DNA of 64,000 nucleotides from a virus. The stretch lies in IMG/VR virus record IMGVR_UViG_3300005805_000048; one strand, 5' to 3'. A program made the translations under genes and the position numbers. Of the stretch, positions 20,432-30,547 are shown piece by piece (position 1 is the stretch's first letter; every line of letters starts with the position of its first letter). The notes below the pieces were generated by a model that worked only from the letters and a program-made list of their open reading frames with translations, had not been told where the DNA came from and did not search any database.

Positions 20432-21225
20432 TGAAACTAGTAACGCCAAAAGGATTAAAAGATTTTCAAACGTGTGCTCTACTCTATAAGTATAGACATG
20501 AGGATCAACTTTTGGAGAAAATTCAAAGTAGAGATTTAGTAGCTGAAAGATTTGAAAATACTATAAAAGAAATTGTATATTACTTCTTTTACAAAAAACA
20601 AGGTGGTTATGCGCCTTCTTATTCATCCCTTTTAAATAGATGGGAAAAACTATGGTTTTCAGAAGATGTTTCTCATTATGATATTATAACCGAAAAACAC
20701 GAAAGCGCTTATGGTAACAACGCCAGCTTAACAACAAAAGCGGCAGCCATACTGCTGTCATTTCATAAAAATTTTAGCGATCAAGATTTTATACCCATTT
20801 CCATAAATGATGAATGCGTAGTTCCAGTAGGAAGAACAGCAAAATTAAAGTATGTATTTGATGTGATTTTGGCAAAGGGTAAAAAATACTATGTAATTAA
20901 GTTTTTATTTAATTATAAGACTAGCCATCAGCACATGTACGAAGTTGATTTTGCGGCAATGAAGCACGCCTATTCGTTTAAAAATCCCACTAAAGTAAAA
21001 GAAACAAGGTTTGGATACATAGACTTTGCTCAGCCAAAAATATTTTTTGAGGAGTATGACGTTGATGACGAAGACGTAATGGCCTTGGAGTTTTGGACTG
21101 AAGAAATTGTCAACGAAGAAGCGTTTGTTCCACGTAGGGGTTTGACCTGGTACTGCAAAAAGTGCCCCTACGATAAACCTTGTTCAAAGTGGAAGGGCTG
21201 GAAAGATGTCAAAAGAACAGAATGA
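20431..21225 (+). CDS. RecB/Cas4-like PD-(D/E)XK-type protein with C-terminal Cys cluster
   Basis: LKDFQTCALLYKYRHE...; C-terminal WYCKKCPYDKPCSKW. Confidence 0.6.
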   Translation: MKLVTPKGLKDFQTCALLYKYRHEDQLLEKIQSRDLVAERFENTIKEIVYYFFYKKQGGYAPSYSSLLNRWEKLWFSEDVSHYDIITEKHESAYGNNASLTTKAAAILLSFHKNFSDQDFIPISINDECVVPVGRTAKLKYVFDVILAKGKKYYVIKFLFNYKTSHQHMYEVDFAAMKHAYSFKNPTKVKETRFGYIDFAQPKIFFEEYDVDDEDVMALEFWTEEIVNEEAFVPRRGLTWYCKKCPYDKPCSKWKGWKDVKRTE

Positions 21226-21391
21226 TTTTAGATTAGGGATTCTCTTTACAAGAGAGCAAACAGATAAAATAAATCAAATGGCTGAATTTATGGACTTTTT
21301 TGATTTATCAGATTTCGTTTACTACCTTATAGATAAAGAGTATAATAATTTTATTAAAAAACATGGTCCAATTTGGAGTGGAGATTTTTAA
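21206..21391 (+). CDS. Small hypothetical protein
   Basis: 61 aa ORF overlapping its neighbours. Confidence 0.5.
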   Translation: MSKEQNDFRLGILFTREQTDKINQMAEFMDFFDLSDFVYYLIDKEYNNFIKKHGPIWSGDF

Positions 21392-22077
21392 TGAGTAAGA
21401 CAATACTAGATGAACTTCTTAATGAAGATATTTTTTTTAAGAATAACAAAGAAGAAAACTTAATACTAAAAGATCTTATTGAAGAGATCAATTTAATTTC
21501 TTCTACTAATATAAAAAGTTTTGTTAGATCTGTGCTGTTAAAGGCAACGGATTTCTGGAAAATACCATCGAGTTTTTCTGGAAAATATCACCCAATTGAC
21601 GAGCATGGTGTGGGTGGTAATGTTCTTCATACAAAAAGAGTTGTAAGAATCGCAAAAATTATAGCTGATTCTTATATATTGGACCAGCAAGAAAGAGATT
21701 TAATATACGCGGCTAGCATACTTCATGATGTAACAAAGGGTAAACGAAAAGACGATTCAGAGGATTGTGTGTATGATCCCTTTCACCCCTATACTCTTGA
21801 TAAGTTTGTAAGTTGGTGCATAGAAGAAGATAAGAAGTATACTTCCGAGGGTTCTTCAACGACTCTTTATTTAGATGAAGATAGTATTCAATCCATTTTA
21901 AGATTAGTTAGATGCCATCTAGGACCATGGTCTCCAATCCCTGAAACAATGCCGTCCACCCACGCAGAAATGATTGTTCATTTAGCAGATAATATTGCAT
22001 CAAAGCTACATAATATTGTAGACGGAGAGGCTATAATAGAACACAGGTGGAAGCCAGATGAACGAAAAGATAATTAA
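21391..22077 (+). CDS. HD-domain phosphohydrolase
   Basis: GNVLHTKRVVRIAKIIADS...YAASILHDVTKG. Confidence 0.75.
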   Translation: MSKTILDELLNEDIFFKNNKEENLILKDLIEEINLISSTNIKSFVRSVLLKATDFWKIPSSFSGKYHPIDEHGVGGNVLHTKRVVRIAKIIADSYILDQQERDLIYAASILHDVTKGKRKDDSEDCVYDPFHPYTLDKFVSWCIEEDKKYTSEGSSTTLYLDEDSIQSILRLVRCHLGPWSPIPETMPSTHAEMIVHLADNIASKLHNIVDGEAIIEHRWKPDERKDN

Positions 22078-22231
22078 CCCCCTTCAAAAAAGACTGTATA
22101 TTTCTTCTAATCTAGACTCTTTTATATCTGAATCTATCTATTATAGATCTTATAATAAAGAAATGATAAAAGAAAATAGAATTGTTATTTGGCATTTTTC
22201 CGAAGAGTCTGGTAAAGCAAACATCAAATGA
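22058..22231 (+). CDS. Small hypothetical protein
   Basis: 57 aa ORF MNEKIINPLQKRLYISSNLDSF...SGKANIK, linking its neighbours by short overlaps. Confidence 0.5.
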   Translation: MNEKIINPLQKRLYISSNLDSFISESIYYRSYNKEMIKENRIVIWHFSEESGKANIK

Positions 22232-23430
22232 AACTACCAATAGATCAAGATAAATTTTTATCACAATGGAGATACGTTGAAGTAGCACGATACGTGCCCT
22301 CTTTAGATAGAGTCATTAGAGATAAGTCTGGTGATTCTCCGTTATTTTACGAATACAACAACCTAGACGATTACAGAAAAGCGCATAACAATACTGGTTT
22401 ATACACTTCCGTTTGGCATTACAACACAAAAGAAATTGACTCTACAGTGAGACTTGGATCATTATATTTTGATCTAGATAACGAAGACATCAATAAATGC
22501 TATGAAGAAGTAAAGTTTCTTTATAACCTCTTGTTAAAACACATACCAAAAAAATCTGTTTTAGTTTACTTCACGGGCAAAAAGGGATTTCATATTGAAT
22601 GTGAAGCAATTGCGCTGGGCATAAACCCAACAAATGAACTACCTAAAATATTTAGATACATAGCCTCAAAAATAAAAGAAAAATATCTCATAGAGTCGTT
22701 GGACTTTGCGGTTTACGATATGAGAAGAATGTGGCGCCTTCCTGGATCAAAACATCAATCAACTGGTCTGTACAAGAATTTAATTCCCAAAGAGATATTT
22801 GATCTTGGTATTGAGTCTATAGTCGAATACTGTTCGTCGCCAAGAGATAACGAAGTTGAAGATCAAGAGTTTTCCTATACAGCTAATGAATGGTATAGGC
22901 AGTTTACTTATCAAATGGAAGAGGAAAAAACTAAACCAAAAGATTTTCTAGAATCATTCAATAAGTATGGTTCGAGTAAGTTAAAGGCATTTAATGAGAA
23001 ACAAAAATCTTTTGAAAAAGAAAACCTTTGGAAAAATTGTCCGTCGATTAAAAGGCTCCACGATCAAGCAGTAAACAATAAGCAATTAGAGCACGAGGCC
23101 AGGTTGTTTCTGTGTTCTATCTTGACGTATAATATTGACTCAATAAAATATCTTCACGAAATACTGAGTAATTGCGATGACTATAATTTCGAAAAATCAA
23201 CTGCCCACATAAATGATTGGGTTAGGAGAAGAGAACTGGGTATTGGTGGAAGACCATACACATGCGAAAGAGCCAACGCTGTTGGTGTTGGATGTGGAAA
23301 TTGTTCTTTGGAAAAAAGAAATAAATGGGTTAAGATAGGTGAAAAGTTTGTTGAAACAAATGAACAGTCGTCACCATCTCCGGTAAGATTTGCTTATAAA
23401 ACAATTAAGGAGGACAATGTCAAACGATGA
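22228..23430 (+). CDS. Archaeo-eukaryotic-type (AEP) primase-like protein
   Basis: LYFDLDNED, VYFTGKKGFHIE, DFAVYDMRRMWRLPGSKHQSTG. Confidence 0.75.
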   Translation: MKLPIDQDKFLSQWRYVEVARYVPSLDRVIRDKSGDSPLFYEYNNLDDYRKAHNNTGLYTSVWHYNTKEIDSTVRLGSLYFDLDNEDINKCYEEVKFLYNLLLKHIPKKSVLVYFTGKKGFHIECEAIALGINPTNELPKIFRYIASKIKEKYLIESLDFAVYDMRRMWRLPGSKHQSTGLYKNLIPKEIFDLGIESIVEYCSSPRDNEVEDQEFSYTANEWYRQFTYQMEEEKTKPKDFLESFNKYGSSKLKAFNEKQKSFEKENLWKNCPSIKRLHDQAVNNKQLEHEARLFLCSILTYNIDSIKYLHEILSNCDDYNFEKSTAHINDWVRRRELGIGGRPYTCERANAVGVGCGNCSLEKRNKWVKIGEKFVETNEQSSPSPVRFAYKTIKEDNVKR

Positions 23431-23614
23431 TGTTATAGGTCTTTGTTCAGATTGTGGTAGCGAACAGTCGGATAGAGCAATGTATGCAAGCCCGTTTGCC
23501 CAAGCTGGTGTTCCACCAGTATGCAAGTATTGCGGTGGTGTTGTGGTGATTTGTTACAGACAAAACAAACAAAAAGTCTTAGACGACATTAAAAGACAAA
23601 GAGGAATTCAGTGA
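23417..23614 (+). CDS. Small zinc-ribbon-like protein
   Basis: LCSDCGSE...PVCKYCGGVVV. Confidence 0.5.
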   Translation: MSNDDVIGLCSDCGSEQSDRAMYASPFAQAGVPPVCKYCGGVVVICYRQNKQKVLDDIKRQRGIQ

Positions 23615-26600
23615 AAAATTGGACCAACCTACATAATCATACTGTTTTCTCAATGCTCGATGGGCATGGCGATGTAGAAAAGTACCTGTCAAGAGCTAAG
23701 GATCTGGGCATGGCTGGCTTAGCCACAACAGACCACGGCAATATTCATTCGTGGCTGGATTTTTACGACGCCTCAAAGTCTGTTGGTGTAAAACCAATTC
23801 TTCGGAAGTGAATTCTACCAGGCTAGAAAAACAAGATTTGATAGGGACGAAGAAGAAAGATCTGGCCCATCAAAAAATGAGTGGGAACAAAGAGGACCGT
23901 ATCATTTAACTGTCCTTGCAAAAAACAACGCAGGGTATCACAACATTATAAAGATGTCTTCTAGGTCTTTTCTGGAAGGTTACTATGTAAAGCCAAGAAT
24001 AGATCACGATCTGATTTCTCAACACTCAGAGGGAATTATCGTATTATCCGGCTGTCTTAATAGTGAAATATGTCAAGCTCTTTTACGAAATGATTACGAT
24101 TTTGCTCTTAAGTCAGCATACGAGATGCAGAGCATTGTGGGTAAAGAAAATTATTTTATTGAAATTCAAGATCATGGTTTAACAGAACAAAGAAAGATAT
24201 CAAATCAACTAATACAAATCGCAAAAACAATCGGCGCAAAGATAGTCCCCACGGGAGACTGCCACTACGTGCACCAATCAGACGCCAGGGCACACGATGT
24301 TATGTTGTGCGTAGCCACAAACTCTACCATAAACACTCCAGATAGATTTTCTTTTTCTGGTGATAATTTTTATCTAAAATCTTATAAAGAAATGGCTTCG
24401 GTTTTTGATGAAGATTGGCTTAAAAACACAATGTCTGTTTGTGATATGGTGGACATTGATCTTAAGTTCGGGGAAATTCATTTTCCAAATTTTCCTATTC
24501 CCACCAAAGAATCTTCCACGGAATATTTTGAAAGACTAGCTTGGGAAGGACTACAAAATAAATATGGGAATCCATTACCAAAAAATATTGTAGAAAGAGC
24601 TAATCACGAAATAAAAGTTGTTAAGGAAATGGGTTTTCCTCAGTACTTTTTGGTCGTATCTGATTTGGTTCGATGGGCAAAAAGTAATGACATTCGCGTA
24701 GGATGGGGTAGAGGTTCTGCTGCCGGCAGTATATTGTCGTATGCTTTTGATATCACCAACTTAGATCCAATTAAGTTTGGTCTTCTATTCGAAAGATTTT
24801 TAGTTGAAGGAAGAAAATCAATGCCAGATATTGATCTGGACTTTGACGATAGACACAGAGATAAGGTCATAGACTACGCAAGAGAAAAGTACGGTAGTGA
24901 TAGAGTAGCTCATATTTGCACATTCAACAGGACCGGAGCAAGACAGTCGATAAGAGACGCAGCTAGGGCGCTAGGTTATGATTTTTCCTCTGGCGATAAA
25001 GTAGCAAAACTAATTCCCCCTCCAGTTCTAGGAGTCTCAAAAACACTTAGTGAGTGCATGGAAGTTCAGGAGTTTTCTTCTTTATATCAGAAAGATTCAC
25101 AAGCAAAAGAAATCATAGATGCTGCCTTTGGTTTAGAAAACTTAGTTAGACAAACAGGTATTCACGCCGCTGGTGTTGTTATTTCAAAAAATGCGCTAGT
25201 GGATCACCTACCTATAATGCAGAAGGGTGTTGACAAGCCCGTTATCACACAGTGGGATATGGGAAGAGTAGAGCAGTGTGGATTGTTGAAGATAGATTTT
25301 TTGGGCTTAAGAAATCTTGGAGTAATAGACACATGCATTAAGTTGGTGGCCTCTAGAAAGAAAATAAAACTAGATGTTAACAAGATACCGATAGATGACA
25401 AGCAGACTTACGACCTGCTTTGCAGGGGGCAAGCCATGGGTGTTTTTCAGCTTGAATCAGCCGGTATGCGACAACTGATGGTTCAACTTCAACCAAGAAA
25501 CATCGAAGACATAATGGCCCTAATTTCACTATACCGACCTGGCCCAATGGGATCTGGGATGGATAGACTTTATATTGATAGAAAACATGGTAGATCGGAA
25601 GTGTCGTACGATCATCCAAAGTTAGAAAAGGTTCTTGGACCATCCTTGGGAATCATGCTTTATCAAGAAGATGTATTGGCTGTTTCTAGGGAGCTAGCTG
25701 GTTTTAGCTCGGCAGAAGCAGATGATCTAAGAAAAGTGATTGGCAAAAAGCTGATGGATAAAATCGCTTTGTTTAGAGCTAAGTTCGTTAAAGGCTGCGA
25801 GGAACATTCTTCTTTAAGTAAGAACATAGCCAATAAAATATATTCAGATATTGAATACTTCGGAGGATACGGTTTCAATAGGGCTCATGCTGCCAGCTAC
25901 GCAATGGTTTCTTATATAACCGCCTATTTGAAAACGCATCATACCGCAGAGTACATGGCTGCACTAATGTCTTCTGTTGTAGGTAATAAAGAAAAGCTTG
26001 CATCCTATCTCGGTGACTGCAAAAAGCTAAACATAAACGTAATGCCGCCCTCGATAAATAAATCCGGAAAAGATTTTGAAGTTATCGATGATCAGACTAT
26101 TATTTTTGGCCTTTCTGCAATTAATGGAATAGGCGAATCAATTGCGGATGCCTTGATCAATGTTAGGGATTTAGAAAATCCATACAAAAATATGTACGAT
26201 TTCTTTAGAAGAACAGATACGGCGATATTAAAGAAATCAACTTTAGAGCATTTCGCAAAAGCCGGAGCGTTGGATGAGCTTGTAGAACTTCAAGATGAAT
26301 TTGATATAACTAGAAAATATGAATTAGATTTATTAGAAAAAGAAAAGCAGGAATTGGGCATTTACGTTTCCAAACATCCTATTGAGGGGATGTGGGATTT
26401 TCTGCAAAGAGAAGTAACCGCAGAAATACAAGACATATACGAAATGCCAAGCGGATCAAATCATAAAGTCGGTGGAATTATAACTACTGTTAAAAAAATG
26501 ATTACCAAAAAAGGTCAAAAAATGTTTAAGTTTACAGTTGAAGACCTCACTGGTGAAATAGAAGTAATAGCCTTTCCAAGAGAAGCTAAGAATCTGTCAG

Positions 26601-26938
26601 ACGATTTCTTTTCAGAAGGGGATATTGTTGTTGTAGTAGGTTCTGTTAATAAAGAAAATGAAGAAGAAACAGCCGTAGTTAAATTATTTTTTAACTCTAT
26701 AGAAAAAATAGATACCTCCAAAGCAATTGGGACCCAATCCATAGTTTTATCCTTTTCCAGTGCTCCCAGTATGGAGTTGGTTAAAGGTATTTATGATATA
26801 ATTGAACCTATAAATGGACCAATAAATGTTTTTCTTTCTTACAAAGAAAATAATAAAAAAGTAACGTTTCGTTTTAAAAAAACAACGTCACTAAAAATAC
26901 AGGATCAAATAAAACAACTAGCTAATAATTGGAGTTAA
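23611..26938 (+). CDS. dnaE: DNA polymerase III alpha subunit (PHP + polymerase), joined across a +1 shift at CGG 23803-23805 (..SVGVKPIL-[CGGA=G]-SEFYQARKTRFDRDEEE..)
   Basis: PHP motifs LHNHTVFSMLDG and TTDHGN in the first ORF; PDIDLDFDDRHRDKVIDYA, GRGSAAGSILSYAF and YRPGPMGSGM in the second. Length 3328 = 3n+1, giving 1108 aa. Confidence 0.95.
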
Positions 26939-26939
26939 A

Positions 26940-27305
26940 ATGACATTACCAGGAACTTACGAAAATCCAGCGAACAAACCATGCTGGAGTTTTTGCTCGT
27001 CGTGCAACAGATGCCAGGATAAAGGTCGCTATAGCAAGTGCGGATCCTGTAGTGGAAGGTATGATCCAAGGGGTTGGACAGATCCGCATCCAGATGATTT
27101 TTGTGATTGCAAAAACGGGGTGTTGAGATGGAGAACGCAACAGGGTAGGTTGATTATAACAAGATTCAAATCCAATCCATTTAAGGGAACAGTACAGTAT
27201 GAAAAGAAATCTCAAGATGAAAGAGATTGGGATTCTTATGTTAATGACATGAGAGAAAAACTGGATGATCCAAACTTTAATCCAATAACAATATACGAGG
27301 ACTAA
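26940..27305 (+). CDS. Hypothetical Cys-rich protein
   Basis: CWSFCSSCNRCQDKGRYSKCGSCSGRYDP. Confidence 0.55.
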   Translation: MTLPGTYENPANKPCWSFCSSCNRCQDKGRYSKCGSCSGRYDPRGWTDPHPDDFCDCKNGVLRWRTQQGRLIITRFKSNPFKGTVQYEKKSQDERDWDSYVNDMREKLDDPNFNPITIYED

Positions 27306-27308
27306 TAA

Positions 27309-27557
27309 ATGAGTACGCAAGAAACAGGCAGAATGAACCTTAATTCGGTTAGTTTAATTGAGTATAAGGCCGGAGACAGTTTAAGTTATTTTATTCAATC
27401 TGGAGTAGCGGGCTTCTATGCTTCTCCAGATGAACTAGCTGATCTTTATGCGGTGCTCAGCTACTATTATAATATCGACGGCATTAACAATACGGTAGTG
27501 TCTTTAGTCGAAGGCGGAAATGATTGGCTGGAGGATAACAATGAGTTGGCCGTATAA
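27309..27557 (+). CDS. Hypothetical protein
   Basis: 82 aa ORF. Confidence 0.5.
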   Translation: MSTQETGRMNLNSVSLIEYKAGDSLSYFIQSGVAGFYASPDELADLYAVLSYYYNIDGINNTVVSLVEGGNDWLEDNNELAV

Positions 27558-27724
27558 CGAAGATGATTACATGGAGATTGGCTCTACTGGCTGGATCCCA
27601 GTTGGAGAACGGCGGATATAAAAATATATACAGTGGCCATTTTATAGATGAAAATGGTAATGAGTATGATGAAGATGGTGTTTTTGTTCAAAACCTAGGA
27701 GATGAAGATGGCTATAAAAATTAA
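27541..27724 (+). CDS. Small acidic protein, joined across a +1 shift at CGG 27610-27612 (MSWPYNEDDYMEIGSTGWIPVGE-[CGGC=G]-GYKNIYSGHFIDENGNEYDEDG..)
   Basis: ATG 27541 frame ends shortly after CGG; the +1 frame is open to the stop at 27724. Length 184 = 3n+1. Confidence 0.65.
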
Positions 27725-28509
27725 ATCTATATCAGAATTATCTTCTTTTGAGCGCTTAGGATTAACCGACTTTTCTTATTCAAGAATAGATACATATAAA
27801 TCATGTCCATCAAAATATTTTTATAGCTATATACAAAAAGAGCCAAGAAAGCCAAACGACGCGGCTCTTCTTCGGAAATATAATACATTCAGTATTAGAA
27901 GACAACGTTTCAAAAGAAGAAAAGTTAGATCACTCAAAGCTCGTAGAATCGTATGAGGAACATTCTAAAAAATTAGATCCCAATAAAATTGTTGGCGAAG
28001 AGTTACTCGACGTTGGAACAGTAATACTGGATGAATTTTTTGATCAGTATGGTGAGTCTACATTTGATGTATATGATAAAGAACATGCGTTTAGCTTTGT
28101 TATAGGAAGCTATTTTATAGTTGGATACATTGATAGAATTGATGTTGTTGATGACAACACGTTAAAGATTATAGACTATAAAACTGGTAAATGGGAAGTA
28201 GCACAAAAAGACATAGCCAATAACCTGCAGCTTGGTATATACGCCCTAGCTGTATCTGAAAAATTTCCAGACAAAAACATATACGCTGAGCTATATTATT
28301 TAAGATCAGGTAGAAGAAAAGGTCATTTGTTTACAAAAGAAGATTTAGAAAATGTAAAAGAAAATATTCTTAAAGAAATAAATAAAATTACTGAAGATAC
28401 CTCCTTTCATCCAACGAAGAACGAAAGAGCCTGCACCTACTGCGACTTCGCCAAATCGGGAGCCTGCAATACCGGTGTGTTTAGACTACGCAAATTTGCC
28501 AAGGCGTAA
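27708..28509 (+). CDS. RecB/Cas4-family PD-(D/E)XK nuclease, joined across a +1 shift at CGG 27873-27875 (..PNDAALL-[CGGA=G]-NIIHSVLEDN..)
   Basis: SRIDTYKSCPSKYFY, GNIIHSVLE, FIVGYIDRIDVVDDNTLKIIDYKTG, and C-terminal CTYCDFAKSGAC only appear as one protein after the join. Length 802 = 3n+1. Confidence 0.88.
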
Positions 28510-28511
28510 GT

Positions 28512-28802
28512 ATGAATGAGGTAGTAATTTTTATATTGGGCCTTGTATTCAGTCCAATGACTACATTATTGGTGGAATACTTAAGGCATAAAATGTATTT
28601 TACAAATTGGGATTTTGAACAAAAGGTTCGTTTTTATAAAGACTATAAAAAAAGAACAAAAGAAAATGAAGAAGAAAAAGAAGCTTTAGATTGGGCTTTC
28701 CAACAAATATATGATAAAAAATTTGAAGAAAAACAAAATCATCAATTTGGATATCGTGCTACCGGCCCCACGCTGCACCAAAATTATCCTAAATCTAATT
28801 GA
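28512..28802 (+). CDS. Small membrane-anchored protein
   Basis: N-terminal hydrophobic VVIFILGLVFSPMTTLLVEYL. Confidence 0.5.
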   Translation: MNEVVIFILGLVFSPMTTLLVEYLRHKMYFTNWDFEQKVRFYKDYKKRTKENEEEKEALDWAFQQIYDKKFEEKQNHQFGYRATGPTLHQNYPKSN

Positions 28803-28821
28803 AATGTGTATATAAAAAAAA

Positions 28822-28858
28822 TCCGGGGTAAGAACCACATTGTGGCTCCTACCCCGGA
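28822..28858. terminator. Bidirectional terminator candidate between convergent genes
   Basis: tccggggta...taccccgga 9-bp perfect stem with inner accaca/ttgtgg pairing. Confidence 0.6.
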
Positions 28859-28870
28859 CGGGGGGATTAC

Positions 28871-29044
28871 TTAGAAGCTGACAGGCTCAGCAGCTGCTGA
28901 GGCAGCCAGGTCAAACTCACCGAACTCTGCAACAACCTTGGTTGCCTCGTCACGCGAGTAGCCCAGTGTGCTGAGGTTGGAGATAATCTCCTCATTAACC
29001 TCAATCAAAAGGCTGTCGATAAGTGTGTCTAACTTGTTAGTCAT
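28871..29044 (-). CDS. Small hypothetical protein
   Basis: MTNKLDTLIDSLLIEVNEEIISNLSTLGYSRDEATKVVAEFGEFDLAASAAAEPVSF; isolated minus-strand gene. Confidence 0.55.
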   Translation of the reverse strand: MTNKLDTLIDSLLIEVNEEIISNLSTLGYSRDEATKVVAEFGEFDLAASAAAEPVSF

Positions 29045-29129
29045 GGTATGCTCCTTAATTATTTGATTGTTGATGTTTTATAAATTATAATGGAGTAGGA
29101 ATAGGTTACGCATATAGGATAGCAGATAC

Positions 29130-29685
29130 ATGGTCAAAAACAACATCCCAGAAGAATTTTTTTTGGATATTTCTGGTCTTAAAAAACATCCAGTTTTAAA
29201 CCGCCCCCTGCTCAAAGACTATACTATTGACGAAACCACTATAGCATCAAAGCGGTGGAAAAGGCAATGTCTATCAGCATACAAAAACTGGATACAGGGA
29301 AGATATAGGTATAGTTTTAAGATCTAATTGGGAGGCAAACTTCGCCAGGATATTAAAACTCTATGAAATAGATTTTGACTTTGAGCCCACTGTTTTTGCG
29401 TTTCCAATTAAAAGGGGAACCAAAGCTTATACTCCAGATTTTTATATCAAAGAAAAAAATATCTGGGTTGAAATAAAAGGTTTTTTAGATGATAAGAGTA
29501 AAGTAAAACTTAAAAGATTCAAAAGATATTACGAAAAAGAGTTTAACAATTTGTTTTTTATCATTAGCAAATTTAACTCTGACGCAAAAGACTTTGCAGA
29601 AGAATTGGGTATTAAAAACATAATTTTTTATGAAGATATAAGATCCTTTTATGCTAGTAAGATTTTGAATTGGGAAGGAAAGTAA
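29130..29685 (+). CDS. Phage head-completion/endonuclease-like protein, joined across a +1 shift at CGG 29253-29255 (..IASK-[CGGT=G]-GKGNVYQHTKTGYREDIGIVLRSNWEANFARIL..)
   Basis: HTKTGxREDIGxxxRSNWEANFARIL plus YTPDFYIKEKNIWVEIKG, an endonuclease-type motif string, appears only after the join. Length 556 = 3n+1. Confidence 0.85.
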
Positions 29686-30542
29686 TGGGTTCTTATAAGG
29701 AACAATATTATAATCTCGCAGAAGAAGAGATGCAGCAATTGATAGCAGAAGCTAAGTCTGGTAATCAAAAATCGCAGAAAGAATTAATAAAAGTATTTAA
29801 TAACTTTCTCACAAAGTATACAACAATGTTGTACTACGGTAAATACAACTTAAACGACTACGACATAAGAAGGTTTACTTCTCTTTTCGTTAAGGATTCG
29901 TATGTTAGATTTGCGCTGTTAAAAAATAAACTAAATATGGCTGGCTATAAGCATGTAAACGAAGTCTTAAGACGGCATTACATACATGGCTAAAAGATAT
30001 CGGTGATGAACAAGATGTAAGACAGACTGTTGACATGACGTTCTTTCAGTGCATAGCACGCTACCAAAGAAGAGACTCGGAAAAAGGTCCGATCCCTTTT
30101 AGCCGGATTTTTATATAGTTATTTTTTTTACCTTTTAAAAAAGAACGTAGATACATTTTTGATTGATCAGCTGGGAAGAAAGAGTTTCCCGCTGTTGTCT
30201 GATGAATCACCCGATGATAAAGATGACCAACAAAGGCAGGTTGGATTTAAGGCTCCGCCAGAAGAAAAAGAAATGCAAGAGTTCCTGGCCGCCGAAGAAA
30301 TAAATGAATTTTGGGTTCTTGGAGAAAGTTGCGCAGAACCCTTCTCTGGATTAACAGTACAGGAAAGACAGCTGTTAAAATGGAGATACATAGATGGCCT
30401 AAGGTCAAGCCAAATAAGTGAAAAAATTTCCGAACATCCGAATACAGTTAGAGAACATTTATCTAAAACAAGAGAAAAAATACTTAGAATTGTGGTAGAA
30501 TCTAAGATGCAAGATGTAATAAACTTTTTAGAAATGAAGTAG
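29685..30542 (+). CDS. Sigma-70-like factor, joined across THREE +1 shifts at CGG 29973, 30001 and 30104
   Basis: ..VNEVLR-[CGGC=G]-ITYMAKRY-[CGGT=G]-DEQDVRQTVDMTFFQCIARYQRRDSEKGPIPFS-[CGGA=G]-FLYSYFFYLLKKNVDTFLIDQLGRK..; C-terminal LTVQERQLLKWRYIDGLRSSQISEKISEHPNTVREHLSKTREKIL is a region-4/HTH type sequence. Length 858 = 3n+3. Confidence 0.8.
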
Positions 30543-30547
30543 GTTTC

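Noticed and set aside
23611-26938. Conventional programmed +1 frameshift (prfB-like CUU-UGA or antizyme-like)
   Set aside because: CUU precedes only two of the sites; the other P-site codons are diverse and no stop codon sits in the A-site. The only constant is the A-site CGG.
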